A stretch of 64,000 nucleotides of DNA from Paragordius varius (taxonomy: Eukaryota > Animalia > Nematomorpha), in assembly GCA_964247055.1 (NCBI GenBank), contig OZ176051.1:14446001-14510000 (forward strand), in the 5' to 3' direction. The position numbers and the translations under genes are program-made. The notes under the pieces were generated by a model, which saw nothing but the letters and a program-made list of their open reading frames with translations, was not told where the DNA came from and made no database searches. Below, piece after piece: positions 49,640-63,718 of the stretch. How positions within the stretch are numbered: position 1 is the stretch's first letter; each line of letters begins with the position of its first letter.

Positions 49640-51420
49640 ATTTGGATGAAACTTTTATGAGCGAAGATTTCCGAATTCTAAACAGCTTACCCATGGTAGT
49701 GCGCCCTAATGAAAGCCGTTTTCGGATGTCGGGATCCGTCAGATGCAATTATTTAACCTAAATATTTTTGATCGGTTAAGTGATAGAGGAGGCATTAAAT
49801 GATAATTGTAAAAGGGGAGCGTTTAGGAACATTATATTGAAATATGGGTTTAGGTTGAGCTTTAAACCCATCGTTACTTCGACGATAGGTCCATTTAAGG
49901 GATAAATTATGGCTGAATGTGACTATGTCAAGAGAGTTCTTCTTCGGGGTACCGAGCAAACAGTAACACCTCCGATGCGCGCTTTAATATATTGAGAGAA
50001 TTCACAAATGCGCATTAAAGTATAAGTTGAACAGGAGGGGGTAAGACACATTATTGTCTCACACCTCTGAGGATAGAGAACAAGTCGGTAAGACCTTATT
50101 GTATCATTACAGCGGTTTGCATAAAATCAACGTGTGCAACAAAAGTATTATATGAGATTCCGGAAGATTGTATAATCTTCCTGAGACAATGTGTCTGACT
50201 GTGTTATGTGCCACACCTAAGTCCATAAAACAGCAGCACAAACTTTTATTGAATTGTTGTATTTGAAGTTTGTTGGTGATCGCAATCATTCGGTAGTTCA
50301 TACAGAGATGATGGTTGCCTTTGACTAACGGCAGGAGATATACCCAGTCGTTAATTGGCCAATCGTAAAAATGAAAAACATTTTTTTAAAGATTTGTTAA
50401 ATAGTTCATAGGGATTGAGTGTAGTACCGATATCGGGAGATCATTGGAAATGAGAAAATAAGAGGAAGAAAAGTGTTTTAAAGCGTAGAACTTGTCCACT
50501 AAAATTAAGGGAACAGATAGAGAATTGTAAAGGGGAACACCATGGTCATCACAATAAAGAGAAGCTCTATTTTCTAAACTTTTAATTATATTATGTTTTT
50601 ATTGGATAATGTTACGTTGTCGGGGTCGCTGATGCTCCCAGATTGAGGGAGTTGTGAGACATAAACAAATGTACTTTTTGGTATATTTTCTGACCTTTTG
50701 CATTAGCAAGTTCTAAAAAATCGCATGATAGTGTGCATTGATGTCTGGATTGCCTTTATTTATACGGTATTCAGTAATTATTGTTTTTAATTTAGGCCAA
50801 TATGCTCTGTTGGCTAAAACAAAAGCATCATACAAGAGCCTTATTGTGATGCTTCGTTGAAGGGGGACTGGAGAATCAGTTCGTTCATTACTGTTATGCC
50901 CGAATTCAGTGGTCGTTGACGTCTTGTTATGTATGTTGTAATCACGATGAATAGTATTATATTAAATGCATTAGTCAGATTGGAAAAGGTGGAGCGCTTA
51001 TTACCTTTTAGGGATAATTTAGCTTTTAACTTAAACTTAAGTCTGATTGTCAAAAGATGGTGATCGGTCTTTTTATAATTCCAGGAAAGGTTTGAGCATT
51101 TATGGTGCATTTTACCCATTTTTATTAAATAAGTATGAAGACGATTGGAGAACTGTTTTTTGGATAAACCCAAGTATATCTCTATTTGAGCAGAAAAGCA
51201 AGGAAGGTATTGGAGTATGTAGTTAATTTGTCGTCACGATGATTTCTCCAAGCCAAAGTCACCTGTAACATCACATTCATTCTCACAATTAGGGGTGGTA
51301 TAACCTGAGATGTAGTCATTTGGTTTTTCTGTAGATTGAAAATATGTTTTGGATCTGAGAGAAGAACCATCAACTATGTCGTCGTACTGGTAAACGCATA
51401 TACATGAATCAAAATGTGTT
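49640..51420 (-). mobile_element. Decayed RTE-like LINE (endonuclease and RT remnants)
   Basis: Minus-strand pieces IHVYAFT (cf. QVYAPT), TDHHLL, CFMDL, and IIASDG..DIRKRLSLGR..MGKL. Many stops and deletions. Confidence 0.7.
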
Positions 51421-52459
51421 TAAATGATTTTTGATAATTCTTTCATTAATAAAATTTGGTTGATCAGTGAATTATGCGAATATAATGCCTATACCATATC
51501 TTTTAAGGCTAGAAATGACGTCATAATGCAAAATGTAATGTGCCAATAATAAAACCAATGTTTTTCAGGTGGGTTTTTGCTAATGAAACGATTGGAATAC
51601 CATGATTTATATAACCCAACCGGAGAAATCTGAAAATTTTAGGGAGTAACCCTGCAAATTTTAATTTTCTTTTTTTAAATATTTGATATTTTCCGAAGAT
51701 TTATAGGAGAGACTTAGATGAAAACACAATATGAGAATGTATAATATAAAAATTATGACAAAAAAACATATAGTAAACGAATCTCCTGAAAATTTTTAAT
51801 ATATATGTTTATCTTCAGATTAATGTTAAAAATTGTATATTTAAATTTATAAATATAAGAGAAAGAAATGTTCAGCACAATTAGATTGTATAAAAAATGT
51901 TTTTACCACGCCTTAAAGCTTTTTTATACCGTTACCATCATGCATCAAAAAACTATGACTTTTTAGAACTCGCATCTAATAGTACAAATTTTTCAAAAAA
52001 TGTGTTTTCATTTTTTGTATTTTATGATATATTTTAGTTAATTTTTAGAATGAAGAATTTACACCAACAATATTTTGTTTAACAAAATTTTCGCGAAATT
52101 CCCCATTTTCTGATACGGTTATACAAAAGTGATAAATATCTTCTATCCCTCCTAGAAGCAAAAACCAAAGCACTATAATAATTCTGATACATTTTATATC
52201 AGATATATGTATAAATATATACTGTGTGCAAAATTTTTTTAGCAAAATAAATTTTTATGAGAAAGCTTATTACCAGCGAATTCATTTGCCGCAATTAAGT
52301 TTACTACCTAGTTTTTGAAATATTGAGAGAAAATCAAAATCGGGCAAAAAATGAAAATTAAGGATAATTTGAAAAATAATGATAGTTGAGATATTTTGAT
52401 TTATTATAATTAGAGATATATAAAGAGCTTAAAATCAGATAGTTAGGGATACTTTAAAA

Positions 52460-54701
52460 CAGTGGTACTCACCAAAAAAATTTGACGGGCCAAATAAAAT
52501 ATATTATTTTTTAGAGAGCCATTAACCTAATAAAATATTACATTTTAAAACATATTCACATATTTATACTCTAAATCAACACAGTGAATTTAAATCCAGT
52601 TAAAATATTGTTTTGCACCATATGATCATCGGTTAAGCGATTTCGTTTTGAATATGCCGTTTGACACGTGTAAGTTGAGGGAAAAACTAGGATAACTTAA
52701 GCACACTTTTTATATTTTCATATTTATTTTCTTTTTTATGATTTTCGTTCAATATAGCCTCCAAATTCAAATCCTTTTTGAAATCTACTAATTCTTCAAT
52801 GATATACGCCCGATCAAAACCGAAATGCTAAGTTGCTTAATATTGGATATATCCATATGCCATGGATTTTACGAGTTTTAAGCAATTTTAAATATTCTTG
52901 AAACCTGAATTGTATCTCATTAGATAAAAATGTCAAACGATTGTCTATTATTAAATTAATCTCCGCAAATTCCATATTTTCTTCATGAATCGTTTTAAGT
53001 GTTGGAAAATATAGGAGTGTTTTATTTATGAAATCTTGTTATTATTTTTTCTCAAAAAGCAAATTGATTATCAAATATATTTTGCTCCCTTGACGACTTG
53101 TTTTAAAAATATTAAGTTTATAGATAATGTCGCAAAGATAGGCTAATAAAACTCACCATTTGCCACTATTAATTTCTTAGTCATACTTTCTGTCATTTTT
53201 AATAAATAATAGAATTTCATGTCTTAAAGCAAAAAATCTATATAATAATTTGCTAAAGCTTAGCCGGCAGCGATGTACGAAAGAATAGCATCAAACTCAC
53301 AGTGGATATCTTTTAAAAGGTTTTTTAAATCTACAGCGATTGAATTCTCTGCCATGGATGTGGTTAACTATAATTACAACCGTTTTAATTAGTGAATTGA
53401 GTGTCAACTTATACACGCCAAGTATTGCTGATGAAAAAAGCAGTGAAAGATTAAATATTTTGCAAATTTTATTTGTTTTTCAAAAGAGGAATATATCATT
53501 CGTTTATTCCAATCATAAGGAACAGCCATTTGTGCAGATCGAAACCATTCGGAGATATACCATTATTATCGAAAAAAGTACTAATTATTTCGAGAAAATC
53601 ACTTCCTTTCGTGGTATTATTCATTGGTACAAATTAAAATTATTCCTTGTTAATTATTTTGTCCTTGCAAAATCTCACGAAGAGGGCACATTGAGGTAGT
53701 GAATTAATGTCAGTGCTAGAAATAGCAATACAAAAATATTTGCAGTTTTTCAGAGCTAATGTATTGTTAAAAATATATTTAGACATATCTTCAATGCGTG
53801 CACATGTTGAATCAGAAAGTTGAACTTTTCTAATTTGCCTGATGATTTGATCTTTATTATGGAATTATGTAACAAGTAAAAAAGTGCAACCATTAATTAG
53901 TAAACGGTTTCATATTTTTTCCTAAATTATAGCGAATTTTAAACGAAGCTAATGTTAAAGCTTTTTCCAGGAAATTCTTTCTGGTATAATTACTTATCTT
54001 TTTATATTATTCGTTTCTTTCCTCATAATTTTCTGGTAATTTGTGAGAATGGATTGTAAAATGTCTATCAATGGTGTATTTTAATTATGTTGTCCTTACA
54101 TATAAGGCAGGTGACATTTTTTTAAAACGAGAGATAATTTTTCTTCTCATTCTCTTCTGAAAAGGAGCGATTTTCATCGGATAATTTACGTTTTTCAGCA
54201 TTAGATGTCATCCTTTGAATTTAGTTTAAATATTATGTAAATTTTTTCATAAAAGGAATATAATTTGAATTATGCTATTAAAAAAATAGGTCGAAATTAA
54301 ATGATGTTGATTTGAAAAACATTTTATGGGAATGAGTTATAAAAAATGATGCAGGATAGCATGAAAAGATTATGTATATGCTAGTTTGGGTGGTCTTGCT
54401 TAAATATAAAAATAATTTCAAAATAGAAAATAAAATAAAATGCAGAAACAAAAATAACGTGTAAAATTTTGAAATCATTTTAATGTAAGGAAGTTTTTAC
54501 ATTTCAAATTGAGTATAATGAATTACCAAAATTAAATCTAAATAAAAAAATAAATTAATATAGAAAAAAGCAAAAATCCGATTATGTGTATTTTAAAAAC
54601 AGCAATAAAAAAATAATTTAAGTATCAATGAGGTCAAAGGGCAATTTCAAAGCACTCTTAGGGACGCATGCTGCCCGCGGGCCGCGGTTTGAGTATCACT
54701 G
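52460..54701 (-). mobile_element. hAT Buster/Charlie-type element with decayed GTF2IRD2-like transposase
   Basis: TIR CAGTGGTACTCA / TGAGTATCACTG; nnnTAnnn flanks CTTTAAAA and CTTTAAGT. Minus-strand remnants LLYFPTL, FPSTYTC, SRLTDDHM and STCARIEDM. Confidence 0.85.
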
Positions 54702-55429
54702 CTTTAAGTTGATCCTTTACTTTTATTTATGCGCATATAAAGATTGCGCATATTTATCCCCCTTTTTATTTAAGCTAATATCTTGACTCATAAGTATTTT
54801 TGATTGTAAATTAAAGTTTTTTTTCATTTACTTTTTTTGTTTAGTCGTAATATTTTTCCAATTCAACAATTTAGCTTTGAATGTTTTAATTAACATATAA
54901 TTGTAAATATATTATAAGTTGTTTTATGACACGTTAAAATCATGGTAATGTTGAAATGTTTTAAGAATTAATAAACATATACGGTACGAAAATAAAAAAA
55001 GGTTTTGTTTAAAAACTTAGTTAAAATAAAGAGAATAGGTTAAAAATGCAAGAATAAATGAATTATACATATTTTAATCGATTATAAAATTAAATAAAAT
55101 GTTGAAAGATAAACTTGAAATGTTATTTAAAGTGTTAAAGCACCAACTTGAAGTGATCAAGGATCACCATGAAGTTCAAGGATTAATTTGAAGTAAAGGA
55201 CATTCTTATAATGCACGTGTAATATTTTTAATATATGTTTTTTAATTTTTGACTTATACATATTTAAATATTAGTTATAGTAAAATATTCAAAATGAGTT
55301 GAAATTATTTAAATTGAATCAAATTAAATATACGAGTTTTATTTAGATAATTCTCACACAGTGATATTTTAGTAGAAGGTATGGTAGGACAGTATAAAAT
55401 TTTCACACCCACACTGCTATACATTAGAT

Positions 55430-56530
55430 CAGTGGTACTCACCAAAAAAAGTTGACGGGCCAGATAAAATATATTTTTTTTTCGAGGGCCATGCTCATAA
55501 TGGCAAATATAGCTATTTGCCACATATGCACATATTTATACTATAAATCGCAACAAATTTTTGCGGATTGCATGTTAATCCAGCTAAAATCTCGTTTTGC
55601 ACCATTTAGTTTAAAAAATTTAAGTATTATTTTAATTAACCAATATTTTTTGACAAATTCGGTTTCCCCTCATGACAGGCCAATCTTAATGCGTCTTCCA
55701 TATGATCATCGGTTATATTTTTGTATGTATTCTTGACATATTTCATTTTCAAATATGCCGTCTCACGCGCATAAGTTGAGGGAAAAACAGTTAGGATAAC
55801 TTCAGCACATTTTTTTTATATTTTCATATATATGGCACATATTGACAAAACCCAACATATATTTCTTCTCTACGATTCTCCTTGAATATAGCCTCCAAAA
55901 ATCGTTTTTAAATTCTACGAACCTTCAATGTTATGGGCCTGATCAAAACCGAAATACTCAATTTGCTTAATATTGGAATCCATATACCATGGATTTTCAA
56001 CGAGATTTAAGCAATTTTTAATATTTCCAATTCTTAAATCTGAATTTGATATTATTAGATAAAAATGCTAAATGATTGATTGTCTATTAATAAATTAATC
56101 TCCGGTAAATTCCACATTTTCTTCATGAATCCTTTTAAGTGTTGGAAAATATAGGAGTGTTTTATTTATTAAATCTTGTTAATAAATTATTAATTTTTCT
56201 TCAAAATATTTGATTAGAAAATTTGGTTATTTTTTGCTCTCCTGAAGAATCGTATTAAAAAAACTAAGTTTTTAAGTAATGCAAAGTTAGGCTGATACAC
56301 CATTTGTCACTACTAATTTTCTCGTCAAACTTCCTCTTATCTTTAAAAAATTAAAAAATGTTATAAATTCCATCTGCATTTTCTTTATAAGAGCCAAAGC
56401 AAACACGAATCCACTTCATAGTCTTAACAAAAAATGCAAATTTGATAAAATTTTCTTCTTCGCACTCATACTATGCCAGAAAAGCATAGGCGCTTTTCTT
56501 CATTGTGGGAATTTTTCGTGCTGTTTTGGT
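55430..56530 (-). mobile_element. Second, truncated copy of the Buster-type element
   Basis: Starts CAGTGGTACTCACCAAAAAAA after CATTAGAT and is colinear with 52460-53200. Other end not found. Confidence 0.75.
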
Positions 56531-57129
56531 TGCTAAAAAGAAAATATAAAAGAAAACTGTAAAAAGATCATTTTTAATTTTTTTATAATGAAAAAAGTCA
56601 TTTGAATATTATGAAGGTAAATTATTTTTGTATTAATTAGGGGATTCTAACAATGAGAATGTGTTAGCTCTCAACAGTATTTTGGATTGTGACAACTACG
56701 TTCATAAAAAAGAGATGGTGATTATAAATTTTAAAAACCCAATAATCTTTTTTTATTTAGATGATCATCCGGATTATAAAGAATATCGAACAAGTGTATA
56801 AATTATAATGTTACTGTTAATAAGACTCCCACACTATTGCAATCAGTGTTTTCAACTGTCCTATTATAATAATTTATGATATTAATAATTAAATTGTAGC
56901 AAATCTAACATACAGGACGGTCAATTACAATGATATCGACCATAAAGCTGGATGATTCCAACATTGAATTATGATTTATATTATAATGATTTATTTTATA
57001 TTAATAAATTTATTTATATCTAAAAATAATATGCTTCTTATTCATAGTTTTTGGAGTATTTGCACCTATATAATGTTTATGTGAATATAGATAATTTTTT
57101 ATATTGGTTGGTATTTATAATTACATATA

Positions 57130-57950
57130 AAACCGAAAAACATTGATTTTTACCTGTCTTTATTATAATATGTAAAATTATTTCAAGACTATGTATAATT
57201 TACAATGCAAAACCTATAAAAACAAAAATTTTTTTGGATAATACATAAATTTTCTTAAACTAAAATTTTTACCTGTATTTATTATAATGTCCAAAATATA
57301 TAGTAAATAATTACAATTAACAATGCTAAACCTAAAAAAACAAAAAAAGAACAAAATTTTTACTATATTTGTTTAAAACTAAAATTTTTACCTGTATTTA
57401 TTATAATGTCCAAAATATGTAGGAATTAATTACAATTAACAATGCAAAACCTAAAAAAACAAAAAAATGGAAAATTTTTACTAAATTTATTTAAAACCGC
57501 AATTTTTACCTGTTTATATAATAATTTTATGTACTAATTAATTACAATTAACAATGCAAAACCTAAAAAACAAAAAAAACTTAATTTTTACTAAATTTAT
57601 TAAAAACCGCAATTTTTACCTGTATTTATTATAATGTCCAAAATATGTACTAATTAATTACAATTAACAATGCAAAACCTAAAAAAACAAAAAAATGTAA
57701 AATTTTTACTAAATTTATTTAAAACCGCAATTTTTATCTTTATTTATTAAAATGTCCAAAATATATAGGATTACAACAATATAAAAAAACAAAAAAAAAT
57801 TAAATTTGACTAAAAAAACCGAATTTTTACCTGATTAAAATGTCTGAAATACTTAAAAATTATTAATAATTAACAACGCAAAACATAAAAGACAAAAATC
57901 TAAAATCTACTTATATATTCACAAATATATATTTACCTGTGTTTTTTTAA
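57130..57950. repeat. Minisatellite, ~118-bp unit, about 7 copies
   Basis: Anchor TTTTACCTG recurs at about 57152, 57271, 57390, 57508, 57618, 57736, 57829 and 57935 (spacings 119, 119, 118, 110, 118, 93, 106). Confidence 0.9.
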
Positions 57951-58399
57951 TTAATAATAACAACTATATAAAATTATAATACCAATATTGATTAATACAG
58001 GTATTTAGCATGTTAAAAATATTCATTATTAAATTTAGGAATAATTAACATTAAAAATCTTAAAATACGTATTTTACTATTTATTAATTTATCAAAGATA
58101 AAAACCCACAAAATTCCGCATCTAATACGTAACAACAATATTACAAATGCTACAATATTCTCAAAATTTAACATTACAAAATATCCATCAAATTAAAGCC
58201 TATGTTAATTCTCACGTCAATCCTCTTTCATATGAGTCCTACGAAATAATTTCGTGGGTCAGTATTTTACGCATTGGATAAACCATTTATGTTATTCGAC
58301 TGGCAATAAAATTACTGAACATACATTAAAATGCATACGGTAATTGATGTCTGCATGGAGTAGAAAAATATGACGTGAGAATGTGTAATCCATCAATAA

Positions 58400-59521
58400 C
58401 ACTGATCAACAAGGTTTTGCACCACCCCATTATTTTTGCATTTTCTGATACCTAATGGCATGGATAGGCCAAAACAAAAAAGAAAATTGAGGCCACCAAT
58501 AGGATTTTTCCAAAATTTAATTTTTAAATTTGTATTTAATTCAAAAATAACAATCATTCCTCGTGTACATATGTTTAATATTCAAACAAGCAAGTCGATA
58601 CAAGTAATTTTTCATGCATGGATAACAAATTCTAGGCATTAAATAAGATACTAAACAAGCTAAGAGCCAAAGTATTAAAAATCTAAAAGGGGCTTATGTA
58701 TAGTGTGATAGATCCGGGCGGCTGCACAAGTTCTGCATATCCCCCAAGCTTTCCAATTATGCCAGATATGGAAAAGATAACAATAGGTAATCGTTCCGAT
58801 AAGAGAGACTTGCAAGCAAAATCCAGGCAAATTGACATGTTAAATTACAATTTACAGAATAAAGTTAGATAAATACAATTAAATTGAATATAAATTAGGT
58901 AATACAAATGCAACCCATAACAGTAAATTCTAATAAAAGTGGCTAAACAACATCCATCTGAAATTCAAAATACAAAACAACCAATAATTTAAAAAAATAA
59001 GGTATATCCACTAGGTATAAATAAAGAATTTTTTATAAGAATCAATTCAAGAGAAAAAGTCTAATAAGTACTCGAAAGAACGAAAACTAACAAATAAATA
59101 TAGCCTATCTGACAGCCGAAGGTTTAAACCATAGAATCCCTTTTTTAGTATTTTTTTAAATTTTTTTTATACGTATTAAAAATTCACTTGAAAGAAAAGG
59201 ACTAAATTTTGACGTTTAAGTCCGTACTATTTTTTTCTCTCTGATATTTAAATGACATATTTATATTCAAAAGATAGAGTTTAAAACGCTTTATTAAATG
59301 ATATTAAGTTTATAATATAATAACATTTTATTATAAAGTTATATTTAATTTTCTCTCGATTTTCTCTTGTTTTTGAAAAATTGAAAAACTTATAATATTT
59401 CAAAATTCTGATTGGCGGGATCAAAATTTTTTTCAAATTCGGTTTTAAAACACTGAAATTAGTCATAATTTAGAAAGTTTGAGTGGTGGTGCTTAAAAAT
59501 GTCCAAATTTGTCGACTAGTG
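58400..59521 (+). mobile_element. Tc1/mariner-type non-autonomous element, most complete copy
   Basis: CACTGATCAACAAGGTTTTGCACCACC left end, ...GGTGGTGC...TTTGTCGACTAGTG|TA right end (imperfect, asymmetric TIRs). No transposase ORF. Confidence 0.65.
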
Positions 59522-62500
59522 TAATAATAAAAAAAATATAATTAAATACATTTTGAAATTAGTAACTTGTAAAAAAAATGATTTAGATTATGGGTACAAG
59601 TGAGGAACAAAATAATTAAAAAAAAATAAAAAATATTTGATGGGCTATATTAAAAAGTACTGTATTAACTAACATAAGTTAAAAATAAAAATGGAAGTTT
59701 ATTAAATAGAGTTTATCTGAATGCACACTCCTGTCAAAATACTAGTTAGTACATATAGATTTTTTCAAAATTATTAATTATTTTGTTCTTTACTTTCCAA
59801 ATGATTGTTGATTGTTGGATATACGTTAATTAACTAAAAACAACACTAACATGTATCAAATATATAATAACAAAATTAAAATGCATAAGTTTATTTGATT
59901 GAAATGGTAAAACACCAAAAAAAACTTCTTTATGATTTTTGTAAACTCTTTATCTATAACAAAAAAATATATTAAAAGCAATTTAAAATGGTAAATTTAC
60001 AATTTTATTAGCTTCGAGCCCATAAATTGAAAATAGTCATAAAGTAGATTAAATGCAATGATAAATATAAAATATGGAATTTTTTGGTCAAGTTTGTAAA
60101 TTAATTGAAAATAACTGCTAGTTAATAAATATTTTTATCCTTATTGATCATCTATTTAGTAGTTTTGTGTTGAAAGAAAGTGGATGACTATAAGAATTTT
60201 TAATGCCAAAAAATATAATTTTCTTTGTTTGACACATTTTCAAATACGGAAAGAAACCACAGTCATAAATCCCGACATTGTATTGAAATATTTTCCATTC
60301 TCCTCTAATCACAAACGCTAAATCCATCGCTTTAGAGTTAGAACTAAACCATATTCAGTGTACAACATTGAAAATCACGAAACACAAATAAGAAAGTTAT
60401 AAATTGTTATTTATTATTTTTCTGGTTGTCATTCACTTTTTTCCATCTTCAAAACAAAGAACAACTATACAAATAAGATATGATCAACAGAGAAAACTAT
60501 TTTATTCTCTCGCAGTATTCGATTGCTACCAAACTGTTATAAATTACCAAGCGTAACTCAAAACCCTTAACAATCATTTATGTTGAAGCTAAGATTAATA
60601 ATATCATTTTTTCATTTTTAACTAATAAATTTTTAAAATACTAGCTAAATTATTTATTTAAATAGTAAATTCATAACCTTAAATCAAATTTTTAGTATAT
60701 AGATATTAATAAATATAATTAATTTAAAAAATTATATGAATGCTTCATATTCTATTAATAGATAATTTTCCAATAAAGGATGTTCCTCCTTTTTTTCAAT
60801 AATGCCAGATATATTCACCGAATCCGCTAATTGATAAAGGAAAATTTAATATTTAGTTATATACAATGAGCAAAGTTCTAATTGTTGTAAAATGGACTAT
60901 TTTCCTAAAATAAACGCAAAAATGCCGAGATTGCACGAATATTTTGAATATATGCCAGTATCAGCCAAATATATTTAAAACAATCAATACTTTTTACATT
61001 CTATTTTCAGCAAGGGTTGAAGCGTTTAATACTATTTTTAGGCATGATGGGAACGGTATAAAAACGTTTTTAGATTAAAACTTTTTTTATAAATAAATCA
61101 TTCGAAACATTTTTATTGCTTGACAATTTTAATTTGGTTCGTTTACTTTCAAATTTTAATTAATTTTAAAAAAACACAAATTTATATTTGACATAAATTA
61201 TAAGACAAACAAATATCAAATCAAAATTCTGATGTGAGATAGAAATTATATCATTATAAAATAAAAAAAGTGATTTTGTATTTTCTATTTAAGTTGTACT
61301 ATTAGAAGCCGTAGTCCATGGACTTTTAACCATTATTATGATTTTTAGTGTTTCGGATGTTATTTCATCCAAATGGACACTTAACGCCCATTGATTTTAA
61401 ATTTGTTGATTCAAAAACTGCAAATTCCTTCACAGATAATCATTAGAAAGATAACTCACAAACTTTTCATTGAAAGAAGGAATAGTGCAATGATTACCTC
61501 AAAGCCTAAACATCAATCTTTGATTTTTATTGATTCATTTCTCATATAATAAATTTTAAATTGTTTTAATTAATTTGTATACTATATCAATCAAACCAAT
61601 TCATTCATAAAATTTATTATTTTAAACGTTTCTCTCCAATTAACATTTAATAAACTTATCAGGTAATATGAGTTAAATAGAACTTAAAATATAACCCGTA
61701 AAAAGGCAAAAACTTAACATTTTTCAAATTGGCCCTTGCTTTTTTTGATAATATTATTATCAAAATTATTATACTTAGTGGATACTAAAATGCTGTAATT
61801 TTATTACATAATCGTTTATAAGATCGTATATACATTATTGATTTTAGTCATAAGCCTCTGAGGAAAATAAATAATACTGAAGAGATAATAATTATTTAAA
61901 AAACAAAAAGCTTTAGAATTTATATTGACTAATATATAATAAATATTTGGTTATAGACCAGTTTTAGATAATTTTGAGTTGGAAAAAACAAGGCTGTGTG
62001 AATCATGTTTTCCATTATATTCTTATGAAATCACACATATTACATTTTAAGTCAATCGATTACAATAGTAGGCTTTACCCTGATAAATTGTTATTCAAAA
62101 ATGGCTAAATAAGAATTTCAGGCAAAATTGAAAAGTATTCGTTAGGAAATTTTAACTTTTAAATCCTTTATAGTAAGAAGCCTACAATTATTATTATATT
62201 ATACATATTTAATTTGTTTGATGATTTATTTTCACCAATCCTAATGAACACTAAAGATTTTAATTGAAAATATTTTGTCGTGTTCATAACCTTAAATTTG
62301 GCGGTTTTATTTATTTAGATGGTTGAACAATAAAAATTGCCCCTATAACCAGTTATCATATAGTAATGGATAGGTTGTGTTCAATAATAACCTCGCTCCA
62401 TTTCGATTTGCAGTTTTTCCACCCCGTGTGTAATTGGATCTTTCCAATGGCATCATCATTCATACACCTCCTAAACAAATATATATTATAGGTCAATTTT

Positions 62501-62800
62501 AAAAAATTTTGTTCATTTTTGTAATTATACACAAAAAATATTTGAGTCATCTAACCTCATTTTCAAAAAATTGGGGAAATAGTTTTTCCACCTGAATAAC
62601 CAAAGGAATATCAAATTTTCTACTAATTACTAGTAGGAATTTTTGAAATATATATATACTTATATACTACGAAATTTCATTTAATATAATTTTTGGAAAA
62701 ACTTTTTCGAATTTAAAATGATTAAATTTGCGCTACCATTTTTAAGTATTCTCATATGCCTAGTATTCAGCCATTTTGTCGGTTAGTATTAAATTTAGAT

Positions 62801-63075
62801 GAAAAATATACGGATAAAACGTAAAAATATAAAGACAAAAATTTTTTTTAAAAAAAATAACCATACTTTTTTAATCTTGTTTTTTCGATTATAACTTATT
62901 ATTTAATATTGCAGTGTGAAATAAAAATATATATAATTAACAATCAATTTTATATTTTACAATCAAATTAAATAGCTTTTAAAAGAAATTTTTAAGGTTT
63001 GAATAAGTATGGTTGTGTTGAAAAAAATATTTGTCTTTATAATTTTGCGTTTTGTCCGTATTTTTATTTTTACTG
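62801..63075. mobile_element. CAGTAAAA-family MITE with a degraded left tip
   Basis: ATACGGATAAAACGTAAAAATATAAAGAC / GTCTTTATAATTTTGCGTTTTGTCCGTAT inverted arms ending TTTTACTG|TA. Confidence 0.7.
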
Positions 63076-63718
63076 TAAAAGTATATATATGATTTCGTGG
63101 ATAATACCATTTCTATAAACTCATCAATTATTTTTGAATAACTCAAAGTTTAAAAAAGAATTTTAAAGCATTTAAAACATTTACGAAATCCTGATATTTG
63201 ATATAAATTCATTAATTATTTTCCCTCAAAAAAATATATTAAACATTGACAAATAATTTAAAAAATGAAAAAAAAATACATTTCAAATAAATTAAAGATC
63301 AATATGCTCATAATAAACGTTTCGTTTAAAACATGTTAATATATCCTTTTAATAATTGGGTATTGAGGAAAAAAAATGTTCAATATGAAAGATAGAATAT
63401 TGAATATGATTGGAAAAGGGTTGAAGTCGGTAACATTTTTATTTTATACCAAGCTTTGAGCTATCGAATGACGTATATATATATATTGTAATTGGACATA
63501 TATGTACGTTTTTTCGGCAAATGTCCTGATATTATTTTTAAGCTAAAACTTTAATAGGCTAATAAATCAATTTTAAAATGTTTATTTCAAGATGCTGATA
63601 TTCCGGACGCTGCTATGCAACAACTTATTTTAAAATTGCACAATGATGAACGTAACAGCCTTAATGCCAAAATGATGATGAAATTGGTATGCAATTAAAT
63701 GAACATATATATATAATA

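Noticed and set aside
53340-53699. 119-aa ORF with a hydrophobic N-terminus
   Set aside because: Antisense to the decayed transposase inside the Buster-type hAT TIRs.
57130-57950. CRISPR-like array
   Set aside because: The whole unit is repeated with no unique spacers, there are no cas genes, and the context is eukaryotic.
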